The notes below the pieces were generated by a model. It had not been told where the DNA came from. It saw only the letters and a program-made list of their open reading frames with translations, and ran no database searches. A stretch of 64,000 nt of DNA, from positions 130,474 through 194,473 of the IMG/VR virus record IMGVR_UViG_3300022554_000002. One strand, written 5' to 3'. The stretch comes from a virus. Positions 51,266 through 61,029 of the stretch are shown here, piece after piece; position 1 is the stretch's first letter; each line of letters starts with the position of its first letter. The translations under genes and the position numbers were made by a program.

Positions 51266-54200
51266 ATGACTGAAGAACTTGAAAGAGAAGTTATTGCGTT
51301 GTTAAAAGAAATTACTTCTTATAACAATATTTTTTCAGCAAAAGCTGAAAAGATTCTAAGTGAGCTAAAAGGTATTAAGGCTATTATTTTCAATGTGGGT
51401 ACTGATACTCTTGATGAATATGAATTAGAGAAGCTTTATCTAAAAGCTGATGATGTAGTAATTTATAAGTATGAACAGGGTGCATATGATGGTAATGGAA
51501 TTATTGTAGTTAAACACGGTAATGGTTCTGTACAATATGCAAATCTTGGTCATTGCTCATGTTATGGTCCTACTGACCAAGTAACATGGAGTGACATTTC
51601 ATTAGAGGCTTTACTTGATAATAAAGACGACCTTGGTCGCCGACGTACTCCAAACGATTATGATTACAGTATGTGGAATGTTATTTGTGAAAAAGCTAGA
51701 GAGATTTGGAGCTAATATAAAATAAAGGAGAAACAAAATCATGGCAAATGTTGAATTTAGCAACAATAGGATTCGTGAAGTAACCGCGAAAGAAATGAAA
51801 AATGGTCAGGTTGGAGTTATTACAAGTAGTGAGGGTACTTCAGGTAATTTTACTGGACGTGTTGTTATGAAAATTCATGATGATATGTTAGTTTTGCTTG
51901 ATAATGGTGATTTTTGGCGTTACGCAAGTGAAATGCGTATTAAAATTCATATTTTTGATAAAAATGAACCTGTTGTATTAACTAACTAAAAATAATTAAT
52001 TTTCTCTTGACAAAATGGAATTAGCCTGTATAATTTAACTAAGGAGAGGAATCATGAAAATTATGCTTCGTGTTGGTGACACCGTGCAGTGGTATAAGAA
52101 TACTGCGGTACATAGGATTACAAAGATTGAAGATGGTAAGATTTATTATCATGATACTACCAATAACTATGATACAAAGAACGCCGTCATTAATGCCATT
52201 AAAGATGGTTTTATGTTCAAATATACACCAGTTAAGGTAAAGAAGGAGAAGAAGGTAGAAAATAAAGTTATCAAGCTGGCAAATATTCCTTCAGTTTTGA
52301 AAAAGTCTAATGGCAAGATTTTCACAGTTGCATTCTATAAGCGTTCTGACGGTTCAGTGCGTGTAATGAATGCTAGATTGAAGGTTCAAAAGAATCTCAC
52401 TGGTCAAGGCATGTCATATAATGCCAAGAACTATAACCTTATGACTGTCTTTGACATGCAGAAGAACGATTACCGTACTGTGGACCTTACTACTGTTATT
52501 TGGGCAAAGGTTAATGGCAAGATGTATACCGTTGACATGCTAGATTTGACTTTTAGTACTGCACGATAGTTGTAAAACAGACTAGAACGCTATTGGTGGT
52601 AACTTCTAGTCTGATTATACCTCCTGAGAAGTTAGTGCAAATTATGAGGAATTGCACAAACCGCCATAGCTTCTCAGATTAGATAATGGCATACTGGCCC
52701 ATCCAAGGCAAGTATGCCATTTTTATTTGTAGTAATTCTTCTTGACAAACCATAGTTCAGTCTGTATAATATCAATAGGAGATAACAAATATGCTAAAGA
52801 TAATTAAAAAGGGAAAGATACCAAACCAAGACAAAGAAGTAACTTGTGGGTATTGTAACACAGTTTTTACATATAATCAAGAAGATGTTGAATGTGACGA
52901 CAGACCTTGTGCAATGCCTTTTGTTATTTGTCCTTTGTGTGGAAAACATGTGAAAACTATGTAAGGACAATAAAATGAAGATGGAATATAACAAGTATGG
53001 AGTGTTGACGGGTGAAGGCAGAGAATTAAAAGATAAGATTATGTCATTGTTGAAAACAGAGATTAAAAGCAATTGTGAAGATATGACTAATGTGGACCTT
53101 CGTTTGCTTGAGCAGGAACTTACTACATCTTTGAACGCTTTTTTTGGTGAGCAAAGGTTGATGAAAGCTACAAAACTACACATGCAAGAACGAAAAGAAT
53201 CACACTAATGCCATACAAAGGCTACTCTGAATCCGGTGTAGAGAAGAAACAAGGTTTCAGTGTTGAACTTATTGGTGGTCCTTTTGATGGTGATAAACGA
53301 ACTATTACTCACCCCAAAATTGGAACTACCCTATATTTCTCATTTAATAATAGGTATACTGCGACCTATAAATTTAAGGTTAAGAACAGGAAATTCTTTG
53401 CATACTATGATGGAGGTTATAAGACAAAATGACTAAACAAGAAAAAGAAAGACATAGTGCTGATTTAACTAAAGCCGAAGAAAAGCTTAAAGAACTTGAA
53501 TTAGCTACAAAACGAATTGGTTTGTTTGAACTATCACAAGAACTACAATATATTAGAGGTAGTGTTTCTTTTACGGCTTATATATTAAAAGGAGAGATTG
53601 AAAAATGAATATAACAGATAAATTCGGAAAGATACTACAATTATTGGCAGAAATTAGACAAGACATTGTTAGTGAAGAGCCTAAAATGGTTAATCCTCAT
53701 AAACGTTGGGCCAATCAAGCAATTAGTGATTTAAAAGAACTAGAGCGAGTTTTAGCTAGTGATTTTGCAATTATGACAAAGGTTGACACAGTAATTCCTA
53801 CTATCACTGAACTTAGGGAAAAATGGAATAGGAAGGACGTATAATGGACTTCTTTTTACTTTGTATAACAATTATGGTCTTTAATATAGTCTACGTTGCT
53901 GGACCTATGCTTGCAATAAGCAAAATGAAAGAAGTCCCTTGGACACGAACTTGGAATATTAAAAGTTTCAGTTTACTTGTATATCTGCTAGGATTACAGA
54001 TATATGCTCTTTTGTTTTTGTTACCCAATTTTTATAGATAATAATTCTTGACATTTGGGTTGGAGGCTTGTATAATGAGAAATAAGAAAGGTAGGAAAAA
54101 GAAAATGACTAAGCAAGCCGAAAACGCAAAGACGGGTGCTGCTGCTATGGCACATAGCACGTATAATCGGAAAACTGTAATTGATTCCAATAAGCGTGAA

Positions 54201-55123
54201 AAGCTTCATCAGATTCGTGAACGGGAAATGGATGAAGAGATTCGTGATGCTCTTGCCATTAATGTTGATGAATACGCAGATTGGGATTTTTGAGGAACAA
54301 AAATGTGTTACTTTAGTAACAAGTGGGATATTTAATTTATGCTTAAACTAGAATCAAGTTATGGTATTAAAATACGTTGGCTTCATTGTGATTTTTGTGA
54401 TAATATTTATAAATATTATCGTCAAACAAATATTTGTAGTGGCTGGCAGGCTAGAAAAGTCCGTCATAAAGCGAAAGAAGATGGTTGGATAAGGAAAAAG
54501 AAAAAGGATGTGTGTACTAGGTGTCATAATTTTATTTAATAATGATTAGTTCTTGACAAATGGCATTCCTGTTTGTATAATACATATAGAAAGGGAATGA
54601 TATGAAAAAGCTGAATCGAATTGGACTCACTAAGAAAGAATGGATTGAGTTCATTACCGAATCAATGCGTCTTGTTAATACAGAAGTTAAGATAAGCTTT
54701 ACTCCTGAAGGTGTTTATATTGGTGATTGGGCATTGATTGGTTATGGTGAGGAAGTTGTTAAAGGTCTTGAAGATTGTCTTCAGCGTGGATATACTCTCA
54801 CAACATTTTCTTCGACTTATTCTTATATCAGTGGATATGATACCATTGACCAAGAACACGGATTCTTTAGAACGCCATTTGATGTTATTAGAAAACTTTG
54901 TAATATACGGCTTGAATACCAACTTTCTTCCGTATATGAAACGGTAACATACCAAAGGCAGAAAGCAGAAGAAGAGAAGGCATATATGGAACTTGAAGAG
55001 TACTATGCACAACAACTAGCGGAAGAACAAATGAAACAGGCTGATGAAATAATGGAAGCTATGGATGAGGCTGATGAAGAATATTTTGAACGACGCAATA
55101 AGCAAGCACTAAAGGGTTTATAA
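51266..55123 (+). CDS. Run of hypothetical early genes
   Basis: ORFs 51266, 51741, 52975, 53208, 53605, 53844, about 54100-54293, 54339, 54602. Confidence 0.65.
52054..52569 (+). CDS. SH3/WYL-like beta-barrel protein (two small domains)
   Basis: C-terminal FTVAFYKRSDGSVRVMNAR...VFDMQKNDYRTV resembles a widespread phage SH3-fold family. Confidence 0.55.
   Translation: MKIMLRVGDTVQWYKNTAVHRITKIEDGKIYYHDTTNNYDTKNAVINAIKDGFMFKYTPVKVKKEKKVENKVIKLANIPSVLKKSNGKIFTVAFYKRSDGSVRVMNARLKVQKNLTGQGMSYNAKNYNLMTVFDMQKNDYRTVDLTTVIWAKVNGKMYTVDMLDLTFSTAR
52685..52728 (+). terminator. Intrinsic terminator, last of three tandem hairpins
   Basis: AATGGCATACT/AGTATGCCATT stem followed by a T-rich tract. Confidence 0.7.
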
Positions 55124-56254
55124 ATGATTTCTGAAACTCCCCTACAGGCATATCTACGCTCTGTCACTAAAGAACATAATGCAGAGTTGGCATTAGAGTT
55201 ACTTACAACAAAGTATGGTATTAATGTTTATAAGCATCCTACTCTGCCTCTGGTTGGGTTTAAATATAATCAAATTGAATCTCCTAAGTATGATCCTATC
55301 GTTCGCTGGTCACGTGGAACTGTGTTGGAATATGAAACATGGAACCTAGTGGCACAGGGAATGAAGCGTTTTTATAATTGGGGCGAGTCTCCAATTGAAA
55401 TGGAAATGTTCAATTGGAACTTCTTTCAAGCTACAGGCAAAGAAGACGGAAGCTTAATACTTCTCTATAATTATAATAATGAATGGCATGTAAACACTTC
55501 TGGTTCATTTGGTTTTGGTACAATTAATGACACAAATATTATTTGGCGTGATTTATTTTGGAAAACATTTGAAAAGCAGGGAATGCGACGAGATATATTG
55601 GTTAAAGGGTTAACCTATATTTTTGAGCTTTGCAGTCCTTATAACAAAGTTGTACGTTTATACACTGAACCTAAACTGTTTCATATTACAACATTTATAG
55701 ATGATAAAGAAATTGGACTGCCATATGGAGAGGCTATTGGTTGTACTCCTGTAACTACTTATGCACTAAATAGTTATGAAGATGTTGTTGCCTTCATTAA
55801 AGAAAAGGAGCACACAGATTCTACTTTTGAAGGATTGGTATTACGAGACAATAATGGTATTCGTTTTAAAGTAAAGACTACCACTTATGTAAATTTGCAC
55901 CATTTGCATGATAATGGTAATATTTACAGTCTAAAGCGATTAGTACCCATTGTGCTTAAAGCTGAACAGGATGAAGTTGCCGCTGTATTTCCTGAATTGC
56001 AGGATAAGTTTCAGGTTATTAAGGGACAGTTGGATGGTATTTATAATAACCTGCGAGACTTGTGGGCATTCACTAAAGATATTGAAAACCAGAAAGACTT
56101 TGCGCTTGCCATTGCTGCGCATCCTATGAAAGGCTTGCTGTTTATGGTTCGCAAGGTGCATGGTAAGAATCAGACAGAGACACACCTAAAGAATCTTTGG
56201 TGTGATTCTGCTGATTTGATTTTGAAATATTATGAGAATGTTCTTGACAAATAG
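55124..56254 (+). CDS. RNA ligase, T4 Rnl1-like
   Basis: FKY...RG, MKRFYN, motif I KEDGS, FELCSPYN, FEGLV, FKVK..YV.LH. Confidence 0.88.
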   Translation: MISETPLQAYLRSVTKEHNAELALELLTTKYGINVYKHPTLPLVGFKYNQIESPKYDPIVRWSRGTVLEYETWNLVAQGMKRFYNWGESPIEMEMFNWNFFQATGKEDGSLILLYNYNNEWHVNTSGSFGFGTINDTNIIWRDLFWKTFEKQGMRRDILVKGLTYIFELCSPYNKVVRLYTEPKLFHITTFIDDKEIGLPYGEAIGCTPVTTYALNSYEDVVAFIKEKEHTDSTFEGLVLRDNNGIRFKVKTTTYVNLHHLHDNGNIYSLKRLVPIVLKAEQDEVAAVFPELQDKFQVIKGQLDGIYNNLRDLWAFTKDIENQKDFALAIAAHPMKGLLFMVRKVHGKNQTETHLKNLWCDSADLILKYYENVLDK

Positions 56255-56281
56255 ATTTTATTCTGTATAATCTTAATAAGA

Positions 56282-56356
56282 GAACATAGTCCTAAAGGAA
56301 GCCCAAGAGGCAAAGCGGAAGGTTAAATAGCTACGCATAGGTAGCTGGCTATGTTC
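56282..56356 (+). promoter_or_regulatory. Structured 5' leader
   Basis: GAACATAG/CTATGTTC closing stem with inner CCT/AGG, GCC/GGC and TAGCTAC/GTAGCTG; starts near the predicted +1. Confidence 0.55.
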
Positions 56357-56371
56357 AAAAGGAGAATGGAA

Positions 56372-56725
56372 ATGTCTACGACTCGTTTGCAGGAATTGTT
56401 GGGTAAAATCGTTGTTGGTGTTACTCTGACTCTGGTGGAACGTGAAGAATTGTTACAGTTTATGCTTAAGTTCGCTGTGAATGAAAAGCTTGTTGGTACT
56501 TCTGTTATTTTCACTCTTCATGGTTTCAATGTTACAAGGGAATTGTACGATGATGTTTGCTTAATTTTGAAGTCTGGTAAGTATTATGATGAATATGCAG
56601 GACAATTTCGTAACAACAATAAGATAAAAGCTATTAAACTCATTCGTGAGCGGCTTGTCTGTGGTCTGAAGGAAGCTAAGGACATTTGTGAAGATAAGCA
56701 TTTCCCTGCCTATGGACAGTACTAG
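56372..56725 (+). CDS. Protein with C-terminal ribosomal bL12 CTD-like motif
   Basis: NKIKAIKLIRERLVCGLKEAKDICE matches KI.vIK.vR....GLKEAK..VE. Start set at the ATG 7 nt after SD AGGAG. Confidence 0.7.
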   Translation: MSTTRLQELLGKIVVGVTLTLVEREELLQFMLKFAVNEKLVGTSVIFTLHGFNVTRELYDDVCLILKSGKYYDEYAGQFRNNNKIKAIKLIRERLVCGLKEAKDICEDKHFPAYGQY

Positions 56726-56770
56726 GCTATATAAGTCGAAAGCGTAGACGGGACAGAATGAGGGGCTAAT

Positions 56771-56992
56771 ATGGAAACTCTTCTTTGGATAATGACATTT
56801 GTAGCAATTGCTGGTGTGATTCTTAATATTAAGAGGTATCGCATTAGCTTTGTGCTGTGGTTTATTTCCAATATGACGTTTGTAATTTTTAACATTTATG
56901 CAAAGCATTGGTCCCAAGCCTTTCTTTGGTTAGTTTATGCTAGTTTATCTGTTTGGGGTTGGTTTGAATGGGGAAAGAAAAATGAAAACTAG
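56771..56992 (+). CDS. PnuC-like small membrane protein
   Basis: Three hydrophobic segments; ends LSVWGWFEW. Confidence 0.55.
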   Translation: METLLWIMTFVAIAGVILNIKRYRISFVLWFISNMTFVIFNIYAKHWSQAFLWLVYASLSVWGWFEWGKKNEN

Positions 56993-57443
56993 ACAGGGTT
57001 TTGTCAGCAATTCAAGTAGTTCCAGTTTTGTAATCATCGGTACTGGCAATATTAACATTCCTGAGAAAGATGATTTTTTAAGTGCTAATGATTCAAGCAT
57101 ATTTGTAATTTCTGCTAAAAATGGTGGAACAAGACTATTTGGTTGGGAAGAAGGAAGACACAGGCGTTTTGAAGACCGTCTTAATTTTGCTGCAATTCAA
57201 GCAAGGGATGGTGGACAAGAATATGTTGATATGCTCCGTAAAGTAGTTTGTAAAGCTTTTGGCACAAAAGACATAAAGATTTTGTTGTCAAATGATTATG
57301 ATGGTGGCGAGTGGGCATACATTGACCACCAAAGCTCTATTACTGAAGGACAGAATAAAGAATTGTTTGATTCAGAGGAAGCGTTGTATAACTTCCTATT
57401 CTCCGACAATTCTGAAATTCATACAGATAACGATAATAAGTAA
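56982..57443 (+). CDS. Conserved protein with N-terminal R.GFVSNSSSSSF motif
   Basis: MKTRQGFVSNSSSSSFVI; ATG overlaps the end of the upstream gene. Confidence 0.65.
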   Translation: MKTRQGFVSNSSSSSFVIIGTGNINIPEKDDFLSANDSSIFVISAKNGGTRLFGWEEGRHRRFEDRLNFAAIQARDGGQEYVDMLRKVVCKAFGTKDIKILLSNDYDGGEWAYIDHQSSITEGQNKELFDSEEALYNFLFSDNSEIHTDNDNK

Positions 57444-57505
57444 TTTTACTTGACAAAGTAGTTTGTGGTCTGTATAATAACAATTAGAAAGGATGGCAAA
57501 CTAAA

Positions 57506-58174
57506 ATGACTCTTAATGAACTTAAGAAGATTTTTCCTTATGCCACAAATGACACGTGGCATCAGCACAATAACGGCGGTGGTTGGGTGCAGAAGACAGC
57601 AGAAGTTGCTGATACAGCATATGTAGGTGTTAGTGCACTAGTTTGTGATAATGCACGAGTTTGTGATAATGCACGAGTTTGTGATAATGCACAAGTTTAT
57701 GGTGATGCACAAGTTTGTGGTGATGCACAAGTTTGTGATAATGCACGAGTTTATGGTAATGCACGAGTTTATGGTAATGCACGAGTTTGTGGTAATGCAC
57801 GAGTTTGTGGTGATGCACAAGTTTGTGGTAATGCAGTAGTTTATGGTAATGCACGAGTTTATGGTGATGCACAAGTTTATGGTGATGCACAAGTTTATGG
57901 TAATATGCAACTTATTGATAATAAGTGGGATTTCTCTCCCCTTAGTATCATTGGTTGCAAGTATACCATGAATGTTGTAGCATATGGCAAAATTAGCATA
58001 GGTTGCAAAATTCATACAATTGATAAATGGAAACGTATTGGTAAACAACTTGCTAAGAGTGAAGGATTGACGAAGCAAGAATTGAGTGATTTTGTGAACG
58101 CTTTTAAGTTTGCCATTACTTGGATGAAAAACCATAAAGTTAGTAAGAATTCTCTTGACAATAGCAAAGTTTAA
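57506..58174 (+). CDS. Hexapeptide-repeat (left-handed beta-helix-like) protein, copy 1
   Basis: 15 units of V(C/Y)(D/G)(N/D)A(R/Q) encoded by 18-bp tandem repeats. Confidence 0.85.
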   Translation: MTLNELKKIFPYATNDTWHQHNNGGGWVQKTAEVADTAYVGVSALVCDNARVCDNARVCDNAQVYGDAQVCGDAQVCDNARVYGNARVYGNARVCGNARVCGDAQVCGNAVVYGNARVYGDAQVYGDAQVYGNMQLIDNKWDFSPLSIIGCKYTMNVVAYGKISIGCKIHTIDKWKRIGKQLAKSEGLTKQELSDFVNAFKFAITWMKNHKVSKNSLDNSKV

Positions 58175-58253
58175 TGTATAATACTTAATGTGAGGAATGG
58201 TCGAAGTAAGGAAAAAGCCATCTATATCCCGAAATGGGAAAGGAGAAACGAAA

Positions 58254-58733
58254 ATGGCTAACACGATTAAGTTTGACCGGAATAAGATGCACGAGTTGAG
58301 GATGGAAGGAAAGACGTTGCAGCAAATCGCTGGTGCGATGAAGTGCAGTTTGGGTACGGTTGCCAATGCTATGCGTGGCATCTATGGCAAGCGTGATGCT
58401 GCTGGTCGTCGTCCGTCGTTTGCCCATGTTGGAATTATTGAGGCTTACAAGAAGAATCCCAACATGGCGGCAATTGCTGCTGAGTTTAAGTGTAGCTATG
58501 GTACGGTTCGTAATGTGGTTAAGAAGGCTGGACTTCCCATTGGTCCGCGTGGTCGAAAGCCGAAGGTTGTTGAACCTACGGTTACCAACGTTGTTCCGGT
58601 TACCGAACCGGCACAGGTTGTTGATGCTGCTGCGGTTACCCCCGCTGTTGAGGTTACTCCTGCTCCGGTTGTAGAAGTGACTCCTGCTGTTCAGGTTCCT
58701 ACTACGGAAACTCCTACTACCCCCGTTCAGTAG
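58254..58733 (+). CDS. Tandem helix-turn-helix protein with Pro/Thr/Val-rich tail
   Basis: TLQQIAGAMKCSLGTVAN and MAAIAAEFKCSYGTVRN; start moved to the ATG after SD AAGGAG. Confidence 0.75.
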   Translation: MANTIKFDRNKMHELRMEGKTLQQIAGAMKCSLGTVANAMRGIYGKRDAAGRRPSFAHVGIIEAYKKNPNMAAIAAEFKCSYGTVRNVVKKAGLPIGPRGRKPKVVEPTVTNVVPVTEPAQVVDAAAVTPAVEVTPAPVVEVTPAVQVPTTETPTTPVQ

Positions 58734-58742
58734 GAATGAAAA

Positions 58743-58794
58743 AGGGATTAGTCAATAGTATGGCAAATCGTCTGCCAGAACTTGACTAATCCCT
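58743..58794. repeat. 13-bp hairpin preceding the tRNA-like pair
   Basis: AGGGATTAGTCAA/TTGACTAATCCCT with inner TGGCA/TGCCA. Confidence 0.8.
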
Positions 58795-58803
58795 TGATCT
58801 TAT

Positions 58804-58920
58804 GGGGCGGCTGACAGGCATACAAGAGATGCCACCTTTGTCAAAAGGAGAGCCAAGCACATTTGATCAGTGTGCTTCCCGTTTGGGATACTGTTGGTGC
58901 AAATCCAACCTTCCCCACCA
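58804..58920 (+). ncRNA. tRNA-like RNA with extra arms and encoded CCA, no canonical anticodon arm
   Basis: GGGGCGG/CTTCCCC-A-CCA; T-arm GTTGG-TGCAAAT-CCAAC; four internal hairpins. Confidence 0.65.
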
Positions 58921-58927
58921 AACTTAC

Positions 58928-59008
58928 AGGGCGGAAAGTCTGGTTGACTCGGCGGGGCTTATATCCTCGCGTCATTGCAGTTGGGTTCGATCCCCACCCG
59001 CCCTACCA
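58928..59008 (+). tRNA. Atypical tRNA-Ile(UAU)
   Basis: Acceptor AGGGCGG/CCGCCCT-A-CCA; D-arm AGTC/GACT; anticodon arm CGGGG-CTTATAT-CCTCG; T-loop TTCGATC; enlarged variable region. Confidence 0.7.
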
Positions 59009-59030
59009 TAAAAATGAAAAGGATAATGGT

Positions 59031-59594
59031 ATGAAAATGACTGAGGAACTTTGGCTGGAATTAGGTTTTCGTTTTGAACGTTGGTTTGGTGCTGAAAAAA
59101 GTTGGGGAATGTCAGTTGGTAGAGAACTTGTTCATTTTCCCAGTTATAAATTTAAGGAAATACCCACTTTAAATTTTGTAGTTGCTGAACTTATAGCTGT
59201 TCAAAAACGTATTGCATTCCATGAAGGTGAAGAATGCATCAGGAATCAATTAAAAAGCTTATTGAATATTGAAAATAACTCTTGACAAAGGACAATTGAT
59301 TCTGTATAATAAAACTAAAGGAGATTGATTATGAAACTTTTTAAGCAGACTTTCACTGTAAGTGGTAGTTATCCTTTTCCGATGGATATGCTTCGTTATG
59401 ACCGTGCTTGTCCTGATACTGAAACTGATTCTGGTGTAATTGCACGTTCCATTGAGCATCCTTATGATAAGAATTATCAGGTTAGTGTCCTTCGTTACGT
59501 AACTGAAAAGACTAACCTGCCAACGTCTGAGCGTTGGAAGTCTTTTGGTTGGACGGTTGATGAAATGTCAATTAAAACTGAGGAGGTTTATTAA
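59031..59594 (+). CDS. Two hypothetical proteins (59031-59285, 59325-59594)
   Basis: First ORF trimmed to ATG 59031 to avoid the tRNAs; second has FPMDMLRYD and its own promoter. Confidence 0.65.
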
Positions 59595-59596
59595 TT

Positions 59597-59845
59597 GTGA
59601 AAAACAAAAAAGAACATACATGGTATTGGGCATGTCGTCAACTAATTAATGGATTAAGGGTTAGACGTAGTTACTGGCGAAATAATGACTTTCACCTTGT
59701 TATGAGCATGAATGTAAATTTTGCATTGCATGGACAACGATTGTGTGGTGTTGACAGTCCTTCTGGTGTTCCTATGCCTTACACAGTTTATCTAAATGAT
59801 TTAGTTGCTGTGGATTGGGAGATTTATGGAAATGATAAAAGTTAA
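59597..59845 (+). CDS. DUF2829/Tad2-like protein
   Basis: A...L..G.RVRR..W at the N-terminus and D.VA.DWEI at the C-terminus. Confidence 0.6.
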   Translation: MKNKKEHTWYWACRQLINGLRVRRSYWRNNDFHLVMSMNVNFALHGQRLCGVDSPSGVPMPYTVYLNDLVAVDWEIYGNDKS

Positions 59846-59877
59846 GTGTCTACCCTGATAATTTTAAGGATTAAACA

Positions 59878-61029
59878 ATGGAACGCCAATTAGCAACAAT
59901 TCAAAGAATTCTTGAAGTCAAGAATCATCCTAATGCTGACAAACTGGACCTTATCAAAGTTATGGGTTGGCAGTTAGTATCTAAACGGGATGAATTTAAA
60001 ATTGGTGATTTGTGTGTTTTTGCAGAAATTGATTCTGTACTTCCTATCACGAATCCTAATTTTGCATTTCTTGAGAAGTCCAAAGGTCGAATTAAGACTA
60101 TTCGACTAAGAGGGGAATTGTCTCAAGGTATCGCATTTCCTGTAAGCATTTTATCTACACAAGTTGAAGAAGGAACAGATGTTACAGAATTGTTAGGTAT
60201 TACAAAATATGAACCTCCTGAACCGTCGCATAAAGGACAGAATTTTGGTAGCTTTGGTAAGTCACGTGGTAATTTTCCATCATTCATTCGTAAGACAGAT
60301 GAAATTCGATTGCAAAGTTGCCTTGGTGTATTGGATGAAATTGATGGTAAAGAATGTTATGTTACCATGAAACTTGATGGTTCAAGTTGTACTATCTATT
60401 CTAAAACTGATATTTCTGGCACGAGACGCCTTGGTGTTTGTTCCAGAAATATGGAAATGGATTTCAATTACGAAAATCCTAGTGGTCGGTTTTGTGAAAC
60501 TGTGCACAAATTTAAAATTGGAGAAAAATTAACTCAATATTGTGAAGAGAACAATGTTGATATTGCTGTTCAAGGTGAATTGGTTAGTGAAGGTATACAG
60601 GCTAACCGACTAGGTATGACAGGCTCAGATATTAGAATTTTTAATGGTTACAATATAAAGGAAGGCAGATACCTACACTGTGCAGAAATGCTTGATTTGG
60701 TTAAGCAGTTAGGTATTCTTACTGTACCCATTTTACAGATTGAGGGAAGCTATAAAAAGGTAATTCCTATATATACTCATAAATGGTTAAACAATGTTGA
60801 ATTTTATGTTTTCAAGTATGACAAGAATATTCATACTCTGGATTACTGGCTTAACTTTGCTGATAACCAGAAGTATAATTTTAATACCGTTGGCAGTAGA
60901 GAGGACTATGAGCATACGGCTGAAGGTGTTGTTATTCGCCCAATTGAAGAGTGTTACTCGCAAAGGCTTAAAGGTCGAATGTCCTTTAAGGTAATTAGTA
61001 ACAAGTATCTTTTGGAAATTGGAGAATAA
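59878..61029 (+). CDS. RNA ligase, DRB0094/Rnl2-like
   Basis: HPNADKL, IRLRGELSQG, TDEIR, motif I KLDGSS, QGELV, EGVV, FKVISNKYLL. Confidence 0.9.
   Translation: MERQLATIQRILEVKNHPNADKLDLIKVMGWQLVSKRDEFKIGDLCVFAEIDSVLPITNPNFAFLEKSKGRIKTIRLRGELSQGIAFPVSILSTQVEEGTDVTELLGITKYEPPEPSHKGQNFGSFGKSRGNFPSFIRKTDEIRLQSCLGVLDEIDGKECYVTMKLDGSSCTIYSKTDISGTRRLGVCSRNMEMDFNYENPSGRFCETVHKFKIGEKLTQYCEENNVDIAVQGELVSEGIQANRLGMTGSDIRIFNGYNIKEGRYLHCAEMLDLVKQLGILTVPILQIEGSYKKVIPIYTHKWLNNVEFYVFKYDKNIHTLDYWLNFADNQKYNFNTVGSREDYEHTAEGVVIRPIEECYSQRLKGRMSFKVISNKYLLEIGE

Noticed and set aside
57641-57905. CRISPR array
   Set aside because: The repeats are contiguous 18-mers in a reading frame with no unique spacers, and no cas genes are present. 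The dispersed promoter repeats flank real genes.
58804-58920. tRNA-Sec (TCA in a hairpin loop, long arms)
   Set aside because: The loop is 4 nt (GTCA), not a 7-nt anticodon loop; the discriminator is A rather than G; the acceptor is not the 8-bp Sec type.
58802-59030. ORF 58802-59011 and the 5' extension of ORF 58863-59285
   Set aside because: They overlap two CCA-ending RNA genes; a better start exists at 59031.
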